A program made the translations under genes and the position numbers. A stretch of DNA of 63,546 nt, the filler included, from Octopus bimaculoides (Eukaryota): assembly GCF_001194135.2 (NCBI RefSeq). It is 3 parts of 2 records of this genome, joined end to end, with 100 filler letters (N's around TTAATTAATTAA, not from the genome) between each part and the next. Parts side by side here need not be neighbours in the genome. Positions count along the whole stretch, not along the records: positions 21,727 to 50,729 come from NC_068987.1; 2 more parts are not named here. The stretch is one strand, 5' to 3'. Of this stretch, positions 34,092-45,565 are shown one piece after another. How positions within the stretch are numbered: the stretch's first letter is position 1; the number at the start of each line of letters is the position of its first letter. Under the pieces are notes generated by a model. It was not told the DNA's origin. It was given only the letters and a program-made list of their open reading frames with translations, and did not search any database.

Positions 34092-34898
34092 NNNNNNNNN
34101 NNNNNNNNNNNNNNNNNNNNNNNNNNNNNNNNNNNNNNNNNNNNNNNNNNNNNNNNNNNNNNNNNNNNNNNNNNNNNNNNNNNNNNNNNNNNNNNNNNNN
34201 NNNNNNNNNNNNNNNNNNNNNNNNNNNNNNNNNNNNNNNNNNNNNNNNNNNNNNNNNNNNNNNNNNNNNNNNNNNNNNNNNNNNNNNNNNNNNNNNNNNN
34301 NNNNNNNNNNNNNNNNNNNNNNNNNNNNNNNNNNNNNNNNNNNNNNNNNNNNNNNNNNNNNNNNNNNNNNNNNNNNNNNNNNNNNNNNNNNNNNNNNNNN
34401 NNNNNNNNNNNNNNNNNNNNNNNNNNNNNNNNNNNNNNNNNNNNNNNNNNNNNNNNNNNNNNNNNNNNNNNNNNNNNNNNNNNNNNNNNNNNNNNNNNNN
34501 NNNNNNNNNNNNNNNNNNNNNNNNNNNNNNNNNNNNNNNNNNNNNNNNNNNNNNNNNNNNNNNNNNNNNNNNNNNNNNNNNNNNNNNNNNNNNNNNNNNN
34601 NNNNNNNNNNNNNNNNNNNNNNNNNNNNNNNNNNNNNNNNNNNNNNNNNNNNNNNNNNNNNNNNNNNNNNNNNNNNNNNNNNNNNNNNNNNNNNNNNNNN
34701 NNNNNNNNNNNNNNNNNNNNNNNNNNNNNNNNNNNNNNNNNNNNNNNNNNNNNNNNNNNNNNNNNNNNNNNNNNNNNNNNNNNNNNNNNNNNNNNNNNNN
34801 NNNNNNNNNNNNNNNNNNNNNNNNNNNGTGTGCTTATGTGTATGAGACCACATGTTTCATATTCAGAGTAGACAGTGTAAATATAGCAAAATTGAAGA

Positions 34899-34929
<31 letters not shown>

Positions 34930-35000
34930 CATGCATACATACACACACACACACACACACGCACACACATGCACACACGGACTCACACACTCACACACAC

Positions 35001-35032
<32 letters not shown>

Positions 35033-35954
35033 GCGCATATATAGGTATGTGTGTATGTATGTAAATACATACATATGTAAGTATGTATCTATGCGTGTGA
35101 GAGAGAGGTTTATCTTTGCGGGTGTTTTGTAAATATGCTGTTTGGGCGTTTTATCAATTATTTTAGTGGTTAGATCTCTGTTGATCTCTAGACAAAATAT
35201 AAATGTGTATACACAGTAATATAACAACTACAACGTTAGCAATACCGGTGGTATTGTTGTTGATATGGTAGTGGTGCCGATGGCGATGGTAGTCGTCACT
35301 AGACGAGACGCGTCTAGACTAAATTATTGTTTTAGTATGCGTAAGCGCTGAATAAACGGAAGATAGAAGTTGATTTGATAGAGAAGAGGGGCTGGATTTA
35401 AAACTATCTGCTGCTATTGGTTTGAAGAAAGGAATGAACGTGACAATTCTTAATGCCGCCATCCTCAACGTCAGAGTGACTACATTAAGGTCGACCACGA
35501 GTTTTAATGTTACATTTTTTTTTGGCGAGTGGTAGAATTGTTTAAAAAATTCCAAAATCTCGAAGTAAAAGCAAGCTTTGTGAAACAGAAAAGACAGCAG
35601 AATGGCACTGGATATGAGTGTCAATCAAGATCAAATATACTTGAGCTGAGCTTTCAGTCCCGTTTACAGAGCGTTGATCAGTATCGTCTGTTCGGTCATT
35701 AGAGCAAACGGACACACGTAAACAACTGATTAGGATCCTGTTCAGCATATCAAGGATTAACATCTCGTTCCGCTTTTGTTTGTTGTGTCTCTAAAGCCTT
35801 TAATTCAGAATTAACATCTATTGGGAGTGGATATCACAATGGAACTGGAATACAGGTTGTGACCGGGGAGACTGTTTCAGGCGTTTGGGAACATTCGTGG
35901 AGACAGTCTGTTCATTAGGGTTAGTTAGCGGGTAACTAAAACGATACCTTAGGC

Positions 35955-36275
35955 GTTGCTGTGTGGTAAGAAGCTTGCTTCTCAATCACGTGGTTCCGGG
36001 TTCAGCCCCACTGCGTGGCACCTTGGGCAAGTGTCTTCTACTAATGCCTCGGGTCGACTAAAACCTTGTGAGTGGATTTGGTAGACGGAAACTGAAAGAA
36101 TCCCGTCGTATACATGTATATATCTATGTGTATGTGTGTCCTTGTGCTGTGTTTGTCCCCCACCACCGCTCGACAACCGGTGCTGGTGTGTTTACATTCT
36201 CGTAACAAAAGGGTTCGGCAAAAAGAGACCGATAGAAAAAGTATCAGGCTTTAAAAAAATCTTTAGTACTGGGGT
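35955..36275 (+). mobile_element. SINE family A
   Basis: gttgctgtgtggtaagaagcttgcttctcaatcacgtggttccgggttcagccccactgcgtggcacc...gggttcggcaaaaagagaccgatagaa. The 3' end is in the gap. Confidence 0.85.
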
Positions 36276-37180
36276 NNNNNNNNNNNNNNNNNNNNNNNNN
36301 NNNNNNNNNNNNNNNNNNNNNNNNNNNNNNNNNNNNNNNNNNNNNNNNNNNNNNNNNNNNNNNNNNNNNNNNNNNNNNNNNNNNNNNNNNNNNNNNNNNN
36401 NNNNNNNNNNNNNNNNNNNNNNNNNNNNNNNNNNNNNNNNNNNNNNNNNNNNNNNNNNNNNNNNNNNNNNNNNNNNNNNNNNNNNNNNNNNNNNNNNNNN
36501 NNNNNNNNNNNNNNNNNNNNNNNNNNNNNNNNNNNNNNNNNNNNNNNNNNNNNNNNNNNNNNNNNNNNNNNNNNNNNNNNNNNNNNNNNNNNNNNNNNNN
36601 NNNNNNNNNNNNNNNNNNNNNNNNNNNNNNNNNNNNNNNNNNNNNNNNNNNNNNNNNNNNNNNNNNNNNNNNNNNNNNNNNNNNNNNNNNNNNNNNNNNN
36701 NNNNNNNNNNNNNNNNNNNNNNNNNNNNNNNNNNNNNNNNNNNNNNNNNNNNNNNNNNNNNNNNNNNNNNNNNNNNNNNNNNNNNNNNNNNNNNNNNNNN
36801 NNNNNNNNNNNNNNNNNNNNNNNNNNNNNNNNNNNNNNNNNNNNNNNNNNNNNNNNNNNNNNNNNNNNNNNNNNNNNNNNNNNNNNNNNNNNNNNNNNNN
36901 NNNNNNNNNNNNNNNNNNNNNNNNNNNNNNNNNNNNNNNNNNNNNNNNNNNNNNNNNNNNNNNNNNNNNNNNNNNNNNNNNNNNNNNNNNNNNNNNNNNN
37001 NNNNNNNNNNNNNNNNNNNNNNNNNNNNNNNNNNNNNNNNNNNNNNNNNNNNNNNNNNNNNNNNNNNNNNNNNNNNNNNNNNNNNNNNNNNNNNNNNNNN
37101 NNNNNNNNNNNNNNNNNNNNNNNNNNNNNNNNNNNNNNNNNNNNNNNNNNNNNNNNNNNNNNNNNNNNNNNNNNNNNNNN

Positions 37181-37850
37181 NATCGATAAATTAAGTACCA
37201 GTTGCGTACTGGGGTCGATCTAATCGATTGGCCCTTCCCCCCAAATTTCGGGCCTTGTGCCTTGAGTAGAAAATAATAATAATAATAATAATTATTATTA
37301 TTATGAAGGCGGTGAGCTGGCAGAATGGTTACCACGCCGGGCGAAATGCTTAACGGCATTTTGTCCGTATTTACGTTCTGAGTTCAAATCCCACCGAGGT
37401 CGACTTTGCCTTTCATCCTTTCGGGGTCGATGAAATAAGTACCAGTTACTTATTCCCCTCCCCCGAGCTGCCCTTGTGACAAAAATTTGAAATCATCATT
37501 ATTATTATTATGATGATGATGATGACGATTATGAAAGCAGCGAGCTGGCAGAATCGTTAGCACGCTGGACAGAATGCTTACTGGTATTTCGTTTGTCGCT
37601 ACATTCTGAGTTCAATTTCCGCTGAGGACGACTTTGCCTTTTATCCTTTCGGAATCGATAAATTAAGTACCAGTGAAACACTGGCGTCGATGTAATCGAC
37701 TAGTTCCTTCCAACCAAATTTCAGGCCATGTGCCTTTAGTAGAAAGGATTACTATTATTATCATATTACTGCCCTTGTGGCAACATTTTAAGCCATTAAT
37801 ATTATTATTATTATGATAATGATGACGACGACGATGATGACGATGAAAGA
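37181..37850 (+). mobile_element. Head-to-tail array of SINE family D copies joined by (TAT/GAT)n tails
   Basis: A 3' half at 37181-37270 and copies at 37305-37492 and 37533-37748, each starting gaa(g/a)gc.g.gagctggcagaat and ending in trinucleotide runs. Confidence 0.85.
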
Positions 37851-38750
37851 GTCAAGCTAGAGAACATCTATGTTAGAACTCTGCAAATCTCCGGTTTATC
37901 TTTTGGAAGAAAAATGTTGTTTTTGCTAGCAGAAGTCTTTCGAACTCTTACTTGATGTGGAAGAAAAGTTTGTCTTTGGAAATATTTAACTGTTCTGTTG
38001 CTAGTATATTCATTATGTATCGCTCTTCGTGGTTCGAAATGGTCTCAAAAATTGCAGGAAGATGTGTTGGCAACAGAACCAATACGAACGGCTCGCGGGA
38101 GGCAAATTTTTTTTTCCACAAGAGTTCCGGACCCCAGTTATGAAATCATTTTCATACAGCTAACCAGCTATAGAGCACAACTATCAAAACTAATTTATGA
38201 GCGCATAACAAGTGATGGACGATAAGATAAGATCATTTGGGTAAGAAATGACCATGCTTCTTTTCTCTTTTGATAATGTTTGTGTTCTTGTTCTTGTTTC
38301 AACCATGGCTGCCTCTGAGTAGTTATTTGTGTTGTTGTTTACTTTGTAAAACAGTAAGGGGAGAGGGTTACTGGCACATCACCCTCTACCCACATTTTTC
38401 CCATCCACGCCTTTACCATACGGGGCCCTAACAAAATCCGATAATATATATAGATGCTAATCTATCTAACTAATTGTCTCCTTCTAAAATCAGGTATAAC
38501 TTGGCGATCGGTCGACAACACCGTTCTACATCTTGAATTTATTTGGTAGAGTGTGTTTGCTAACTTGACAAGATCAAGGTGAGCTCTGATTGGTTGTATG
38601 CAAATGAGTTCATTACTAGGGTCCGGAACTTTCGTGGGAAAGAAAATTTAGCGAGCGGGAGAGGCTGTTCCAACTGACCTATCCTGTCATACAGTCCAAA
38701 TGACAAATTTTAAATAAAAAAGCAATAGTACAACATTATTCCTTACTAAA

Positions 38751-38967
38751 GAAGGCATGAGCTGGCAGAAACGTTAGCACGCCGGGCAAAGTGCTTAGCG
38801 GCATTCCATGCGTCTTTACGTTCTGAGTTAAAATTCCGTCCAGGTCGACTTTGCCTTTCATCCTTCCGTGATCGATAAAATAAGTATCAGCTGAACACTG
38901 GGGTCGATGTAATTGACTAGTCCCCACCTCCAAAATTTCAGGCCTTGTGCCTGTAGTAGAAAAGATT
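38751..38967 (+). mobile_element. SINE family D, full length
   Basis: gaaggcatgagctggcagaaacgttagcacgccgggc...gtcgactttgcctttcatcc...ggccttgtgcctgtagtagaaaagatt. Confidence 0.85.
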
Positions 38968-39376
38968 TATTAAATACTGATGTAGGACTTTTCGGAAGAC
39001 GTGGGTTGTTTTTTTAATTCATTCCACGCAAAACTTTGATGAGGATGAGAACGGCGAACATGAGGGGGTGCTGCAACCTGACCTAATCTGTAGATACTCA
39101 TCTGTTGTGTGGGTGGGCAACCTTAAATGTTTTTCCTGTGAGTACTTTTTAAATAACGTTTTATTTATGGTGTGATTTCTTTTAAAGCTTTATCTTTATA
39201 TCTTTATTTTTACAAGAACCTTTTAAGTGAGTTCTTTGTACTCCCCCTAACATCGTTCGTTTTTATAGACATTGTTTGTCCTTCTCCAGACGTTTTGTAA
39301 ACTGCTAGTCTTAACATTTCATATTTTATATGGATGAATGCATGGTATGAAATCGCCCTCAGTGGCTTAATAAAAA

Positions 39377-39533
<157 letters not shown>

Positions 39534-41399
39534 NNNNNNNNNNNNNNNNNNNNNNNNNNNNNNNNNNNNNNNNNNNNNNNNNNNNNNNNNNNNNNNNNNN
39601 NNNNNNNNNNNNNNNNNNNNNNNNNNNNNNNNNNNNNNNNNNNNNNNNNNNNNNNNNNNNNNNNNNNNNNNNNNNNNNNNNNNNNNNNNNNNNNNNNNNN
39701 NNNNNNNNNNNNNNNNNNNNNNNNNNNNNNNNNNNNNNNNNNNNNNNNNNNNNNNNNNNNNNNNNNNNNNNNNNNNNNNNNNNNNNNNNNNNNNNNNNNN
39801 NNNNNNNNNNNNNNNNNNNNNNNNNNNNNNNNNNNNNNNNNNNNNNNNNNNNNNNNNNNNNNNNNNNNCTGAAAGATATAATTTTCATACTGGATTTTAT
39901 TTTGTTCAAGGACTTTGCTTTGAACTATTTAAAAGTCTACTCTGTACTTGGGTAAAAACAAGGTCGTTTCTTTTTAATAGTTCCATTTTTATTTCACCGT
40001 GTAACTGTGACTTTTCGTTCACGAGAACCACTTCCGTCAAGAGATAACATTGAGTACAGCATGACAGTCTCTAAATAGAAGAGAAAGCGAAATCAAAATA
40101 AATCAAAATAAAAATAAAGAAAGAAATTAAATGTACAGACATTATAGTTACAAGAAAACTTTAAACGAAAAATTGCAGCATTGTAAACAAGAAAAACAAG
40201 AACAAGAACAAGAACAACAACAACAACATTAACATAAATATCAGTCACATGCATCGTCAAATGAAAGCGTTTTGAATGCACGTCAGATCTAATCTAAATG
40301 TACTTTTCAATAAAAGAACCGTTGATAAGAAACATTTCATCGAAAGAACAAATACATAGTAACATTATCTCAGGAGAACAGGCGCTTCATTATCTCAAGA
40401 TAATACTCAGGTGCGAGATAAAGAGAAATTTGCCAATGCCTTAGCAAAAGCAAAAGTCGTCGGGCTCCGTCAGTGTTGCTTCCCGGTTGTTTCAGACAGC
40501 ACGGTTTCTCCAAGGGTGCTCTTCTCTGAGTGTCCGAGGCGGCCAGTGGGCTCACCGTGAAAAAGTCTAGAGTGCTCAGAACGAGCACCGCCGGCTTGCA
40601 TGCGAAAAGCATGGACTGATGGAAAAAGCCTCGGAGTATTTCCCGGCGCCCTCTAAGTAGTCACAGAAGGCGGCCTTCGCAGATATATGAAACGAAATTT
40701 CTCATGGAGAAAAGGAGTGGAAGGGGGACATATCGTTCGATGTGCGTTGTTTTCAAAACTAAGAACGGGATGAAAGTAACAATCTCAGACAGTCTGTGAC
40801 ATATCAGCTCATAAACCTGTTTCACGGTGTTTCAGACGGAAGAATACATGATACATATCAGTGACGACATGGCCGTTTTCGTAACGCAATATGGACATAC
40901 AGTCAGTGTCGACAGGATTTAAAGTCGTTGTTAGGTGAGATCATGACTCTACAAGGCCAGAAATGAATTCGATATTGCGCTTTTTAGTAGGGATTAACAG
41001 AAAGGTTCAATCATTGATGATTTAAAGGGGTAAGTTGTTACACACGTGACTGTAAATGCAATTTAAAGTCTTTCTGCCCAGATAGAGCTGAAAGAATGAA
41101 ATCAGTAATAACAGTAGCAAAATATGAATTATCAGTCTCCCTTTCGGAGATATCGGAAGAAATAGCGACCTTCTTTCTAAGAATTAGCCAGAAAGCCGCC
41201 GAGCGATCTACTCCTTCGGTCATAACCAGCAGTGACAGTGGGGAAGAGACAAAATGAGAGTTTAACCGGCAACAGCCGTTTTCAGAAGAAGCGGACGATA
41301 TCGAAGCTCTGCCCTTATTAGAATGGGGATGAGATAAAGACAGAGGGTATATTTCAAATCTTTAAATAAGATCAAAGAAAAAAAAAGTGAAGAAAGACC

Positions 41400-41571
41400 C
41401 CAGCGTGGCTGTGTGGTAAGAAGTTCGCTTCTCAATTACATGTTTCGGGTTCAGTCCCACTACGTAGTACTTTGAACAAGTGTTTTCTATTATAACCTCA
41501 GGCCGACCAAAGCCTTGCGAGTGGATTTGGTAGACTGAAACTGAAAGAAGCCTGTCGTGTATATATATATA

Positions 41572-41654
<83 letters not shown>

Positions 41655-41865
41655 GTCTGTGTTTGTTTCCCACCACCGCTTGACAACCGGTGTTGATGTA
41701 TTCACGCTCGCGTAACTTAGCGGTTCGGCAAAGAGACCGATAGAATAAGCACCAGGTTTTGTAAAATAAGTATTGGGATCGATTCGTTCGCCTAAAATTC
41801 TTCAAGATGGTGTCCCAGCATGGCCGCAGACTAATGGTTGGAACGAGTAAAAGATAAAAGATAAA
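41400..41865 (+). mobile_element. SINE family A, full length, with a long internal (TG)n
   Basis: Head gcgtggctgtgtggtaagaag, internal (TG)n at 41574-41649, and tail ggccgcagactaatggttggaacgagtaaaagataaaaga. Confidence 0.88.
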
Positions 41866-41879
41866 CGTGCGGAAAGAAG

Positions 41880-42200
41880 AGAAGCTTTATCGTTTCGCGC
41901 AAGAGGAACCCACTTCTTCTTTACAAAAATGGAGTTCAAAGCTGTTCGCGTCATTATCAGTGATCTGATAGCAGAAGACGAATTTCCAGACAAAGTATTG
42001 ATCGAAGAAGAGACAAGAGCAAAATGCAAAAGCCATGAAAGGGATAGGATATTGGCAAGGTGTTTATGCTGTGCTACAAAGCATCCAACCGCAGGATATG
42101 AGCATGTATCAGTGCACAACCTTAACTCAAAAACTCACAGACAATTCTGGACTTACAAGTTGTAAAAAGTATAGAGAAGATTTGGGAATGATACGTAATG
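41880..42200 (+). mobile_element. Possible decayed pogo/Tigger-type transposase HTH remnant
   Basis: Different frames give KLYRFAQE, CYKASN and CTTLTQKLTD, reminiscent of FKASxGW...RRTTLAQKLPxD. Heavily frameshifted. Confidence 0.3.
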
Positions 42201-42699
42201 GGAACCGTGGGAGTATTCTGATCATAAGTGGTAGCTTCTCACATATATGTAGGTGGTTTGTCCTCATTAAAAGTCGAATCATGTTATATTTATGTTTTTG
42301 TATTATGTTTCTTTAACCCTTATCTGTAATTATTACATATTTTTAATACTAATTTTTAACTTGTTCTTCCTATATTGTATAATGACTTATCCTTCCTCTC
42401 GTTATTATATAATATGTTTGATAACAACATACGTTTTTGCACCCCACCCAATTTTAACCATTTATGTATTGTATGTATTGATTTATACCTAATCACAATT
42501 GGTTACTATGGAATCAAAGAGATGTTACGTGATCTCAAACATAAATATAACTATCGTACGCTAGAAGCGACCTGAAACTATTGTACTAAAATCAATATTT
42601 ATCAACACTATATGATTGATACTAAAACCAATGTTTATCCATCTATCCACGGAGCTTCGCTCATTATTATTCCTGGGAGTGTCGTAGGGGCAGAGTCCT

Positions 42700-43140
42700 C
42701 AAGCACCTCCTCTATAGGATCCTATTAGATGCAACCGCTTTTTGCCATACAGAAAACGTTTACACGACAGTCTAGTTCTTGTCACATTTGTGCAAGCATA
42801 GCCTGATAAACTGAGTGGATCGAACTGCCTGTTCGCTGCTTTAACTCCTGTAAATCCTGTGGAAGTGGGGATATGAGCACCTTGTCTTTTATATTCCCCC
42901 AAAAGAAAAAGTCGCAAGGCTGTAGGTCAGGGCATCTGGGGCGGGGATGGGGGCCGACCATCGTCATTTACCCCAACACAGTCAATCCAGCGTTCTGGAA
43001 GATATTAATTGAGGTAGCTGCGCATGCGTCTATGCCAATGTGGTGAGGCCTCGTCTTACAAGATAATGAAGTCAGGTACCTCTTCTTCCATCTGGGGCAA
43101 CAACCAAATGGACAGCATTGTACCATTCATTTTGAATTAC
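42700..43140 (-). mobile_element. Decayed mariner-like transposase C-terminus (rosa/maT-type motifs)
   Basis: Minus strand reads MLSIWLLPQMEEEVPDF..DEASPHWH (cf. QDGAPPHW) and CPDLQPCDFFFWGNIKDKVLISPLPQDLQELKQR (cf. SPDLTPCDFFLWGYIKDKV). Confidence 0.75.
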
Positions 43141-45408
43141 CGTGTAGAATCGACCAGAGCCTTGTGAGTGAAATTTGGTAGGGAGAGACTGTATAGATGC
43201 CTACCATATTGGAAGAGTTGCCAGAGTGTCGGATAGATTGCATTGTGGTATTTGTTCCTTTTCTCTGCGCTCTGAGTTCAAATCATGCCAAAGTCAATTT
43301 TGCTTTCCTTTCTTTCAGAGTCGTGTGCTAGGGATTGATTCTTCTCTCTCCCTCTTCTTCTTTGGGGAAAAAATAGGATGTGATCTGATCTGAAGAAGGA
43401 TTTTTCAAATCTAAAAAGTGTCCAAGAGAGCCGTTTGTCAGGGCCCCACGACTCTACTAAAAGTTGAGAACCCAAAGTAAAGCAAGATGTCTTGAAGATA
43501 CTGTTACTTTTTTCTTTTTGGATAATAAGCTTAAACCGACGCCCGATTAACACATCATCAGGATCATGGGTACCTTTGGTAGAATTCACTCTTATACAAG
43601 TCAGTCTGAGAATAACTTACTCCCTTCCTTCCTCCGATCCCTGTAAAAGATCATAAGAACTGCCCTTCGTTTTCCAACTAACTAATACATACAAGCTTGA
43701 AATTGCCTTAAGATCGCAACTCGTCAAGACCGGTCGAAATTGTGATGATATTTAATCAACAACTGATGAGGGATTAATTGAGCTTGTACGCATCCGTTGT
43801 GTGTGCATGTGGTTTTCTGTTTTTTCCGTAAATTCCTTTGTCGCCCTAGTGTGTCATATTTTCATTGTTCTACGTGGTTCACTATTTCAACAAAAAATAT
43901 TGATCCTTATATAGTTGGGAGGCCACATATATGGTATGTTGTGAAGTTACTTGAATCGATCCTTAATATATTCTGATACTTATTTCAATTGATCCCAGAA
44001 GGGATGAAAGGCGAAACCAACAAACGGGATTTAAACTCATAACGTAAAGTGTCATAACTAAATATTATCCTGATCTTAGGTCCGCATTCTACCGTTTCTG
44101 CTATTTTGTTAACGTTTCTCAACAGAGGATATTCAAGCCAATGAGAGAGCATCAGCCTAGTCGCTCGTTCCGAATGAAAAGTAGTCAAATTTCTTTAAAA
44201 TTACCCTCCATCGTCTTGAAAAAAGGGAAGGATACACTGGGCAATGTAGTTCTACGTTTTCTTTAAAGACGAGATAGTGACAGCTAGAATATATATGATC
44301 ATAGGTCTGTTCGATCATAGCTTACCTGAGGTTAAACAAAAACAAAATATTGGCAGCGAGCGTTTGCATTCATTTAACTGGTGCGTGTTTGTGTGTGTAA
44401 GTAAGTATGCGCGCGTGCGTGTGTGTACGAAATAACTAAATAATTAGTGAGATTGTTTGGAATGACAACCAATAACAGCTTTAAATAACAGCCAACGTTG
44501 TACCAAAAACAAAGACAAAGCATAAAAACGCATTGACTGGAACTATCTAATTCAACCAATTATGCACTTTTATAACATTATTCTTTTGTCAATACAAAAA
44601 CTCACAAAAAGGTGTCAATGTAACCATCAAAATCCATTGTTTTTCCAGAAAGTTTTGTATGTCATAGCCATAATAAAAATGCTTACTGAAAGGACACAAT
44701 AACGAAGAGACGATCTTCGCGATTATTTCGTAGTTTCAATTTCCACTCTGTCGGTGGTCTGTTGTTTTATGAATTGTGTTACAATACGGCTTTCAAAGAT
44801 GACTGAACTAATCAGTCATCTTTGAAATATCAGTGTCTGTAATATTTGTCACCGTTTGAGATGCATTCCCACCAATCTTCCTATTAACATGATAAATGCT
44901 TCCACGGCATGTATGATGATAAATGAAACAGCCTAGAAAGTAGAATATTACAATGAATTTTCAATTGTCGGTCGTATCCGTTTTGTATGCGACTGAACTA
45001 CTAACTCAGCGAGTCACAGTTCTTTCTCTATCGGAGACAGCCTTCCAAATCAGTGAAGAAGCTTTTGTGTGGTCGCTCGCCCGAACTTCTAGAAATAGCA
45101 GGCAAACTTTTTCAGATCACATTATACCATCTTAAAAAGATTAGATTGGGTAATGTATACAAACAAAAATATGTGCTGGTTAAGAGTGGAAAGCCTTTGA
45201 TTATAGGTCTTCTAAATCAAGACAAACTTTAAGTTAAACAATAATAATTTATGCTACTAATACGATTGGCATAGATGTCACAGTTTACCATTCTTCATTG
45301 CTGTAAAGTTCAATCAAAAACAAAAACTTAGGAACACCGAAGGACTCCAGTGAGTGACGTGAGACCACCTGTATCTTTCACAACCATCAGTCAACCACAT
45401 AGTCGACT

Positions 45409-45444
<36 letters not shown>

Positions 45445-45493
45445 TGGATAGATAGATAGATAGATATATATATATATAGAGAGAGATAGATAG

Positions 45494-45565
<72 letters not shown>

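Noticed and set aside
41081-41258. Short + strand ORF (MKSVITVAKYELSVSLSEISEEIATFFLRISQKAAERSTPS...) after a possible acceptor
   Set aside because: Only 53 codons, with no recognisable motif and no linkable neighbouring exon. Insufficient support.
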